Shown: one piece after another, positions 63,665 through 64,000 of the stretch
Layout of the letters: the number at the start of each line of letters is the position of its first letter
How positions within the stretch are numbered: position 1 is the stretch's first letter
Assembly (NCBI RefSeq): GCF_009914755.1
Contig: NC_060925.1
Length of the DNA: 64,000 nt
From: the human T2T-CHM13v2.0 reference genome, Homo sapiens
Strand: one strand, 5' to 3'
Translations under genes and position numbers: made by a program
The notes under the pieces: model-generated
Databases searched by the model: none
Told to the model about the DNA's origin: nothing
The model's input: the letters and a program-made list of their open reading frames with translations, nothing else

Positions 63665-64000
63665 GTAAGTGGGAAACGTCTATTGAGTGGTCAGCTTGGG
63701 AAGCTGCAAAGCAAAATCTTGTCTTACTCCCCGTCTTGACCCCACACCCCATTGTTATTGTCACAGCACCTTTAGCAAACACATTTTGCCCATGGTACTG
63801 GAGTATGCACTAAACCTCACAGATACAGCTCCTGCCCTCTAGAACTTTGCAGGACTTTAACAGCTCTGCAGCTGGATGGGGGGTCTGGTTGCTGAGATCG
63901 AGTAGTTGGTGAGGCCTCCCAGCCTGTGGTTGTGGCTTCTTCTCAGGCTGCACAGAATCCACAGCTGCTCTACTCTTGCCATACAGTCAGATCCTTCTTT

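Overview
Human (primate) genomic DNA. The gene order METTL25B(RRNAD1, +), MRPL24(-), HDGF(-), PRCC(+) matches chr1q23.1; I recognised it from the spliced proteins. All exon boundaries were read from the sequence. They give the full 216-aa MRPL24, the full 240-aa HDGF with two alternative coding first exons, METTL25B lacking its first exon, and PRCC codons 1-441. The rest is Alu-saturated, with L1, L2, MIR, MLT1 and MER fragments and several nested insertions. The most notable signal not visible in the ORF track is in PRCC intron 1 (about 37.3-45.9 kb, + strand). After removing younger repeats, the leftover 'unique' DNA reads as a heavily decayed but collinear Ty3/gypsy chromovirus (sushi-like) element: gag, RT, RNase H, integrase, chromodomain. 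This was found by manual translation and needs HMM/Dfam confirmation. Other points: a GC-AG intron in MRPL24, a GUG-initiated 50-aa HDGF N-terminal extension, uORFs, repeated ZNF143-type motifs, a promoter-like element in HDGF intron 1, and a GTTGCA motif cluster upstream of HDGF.
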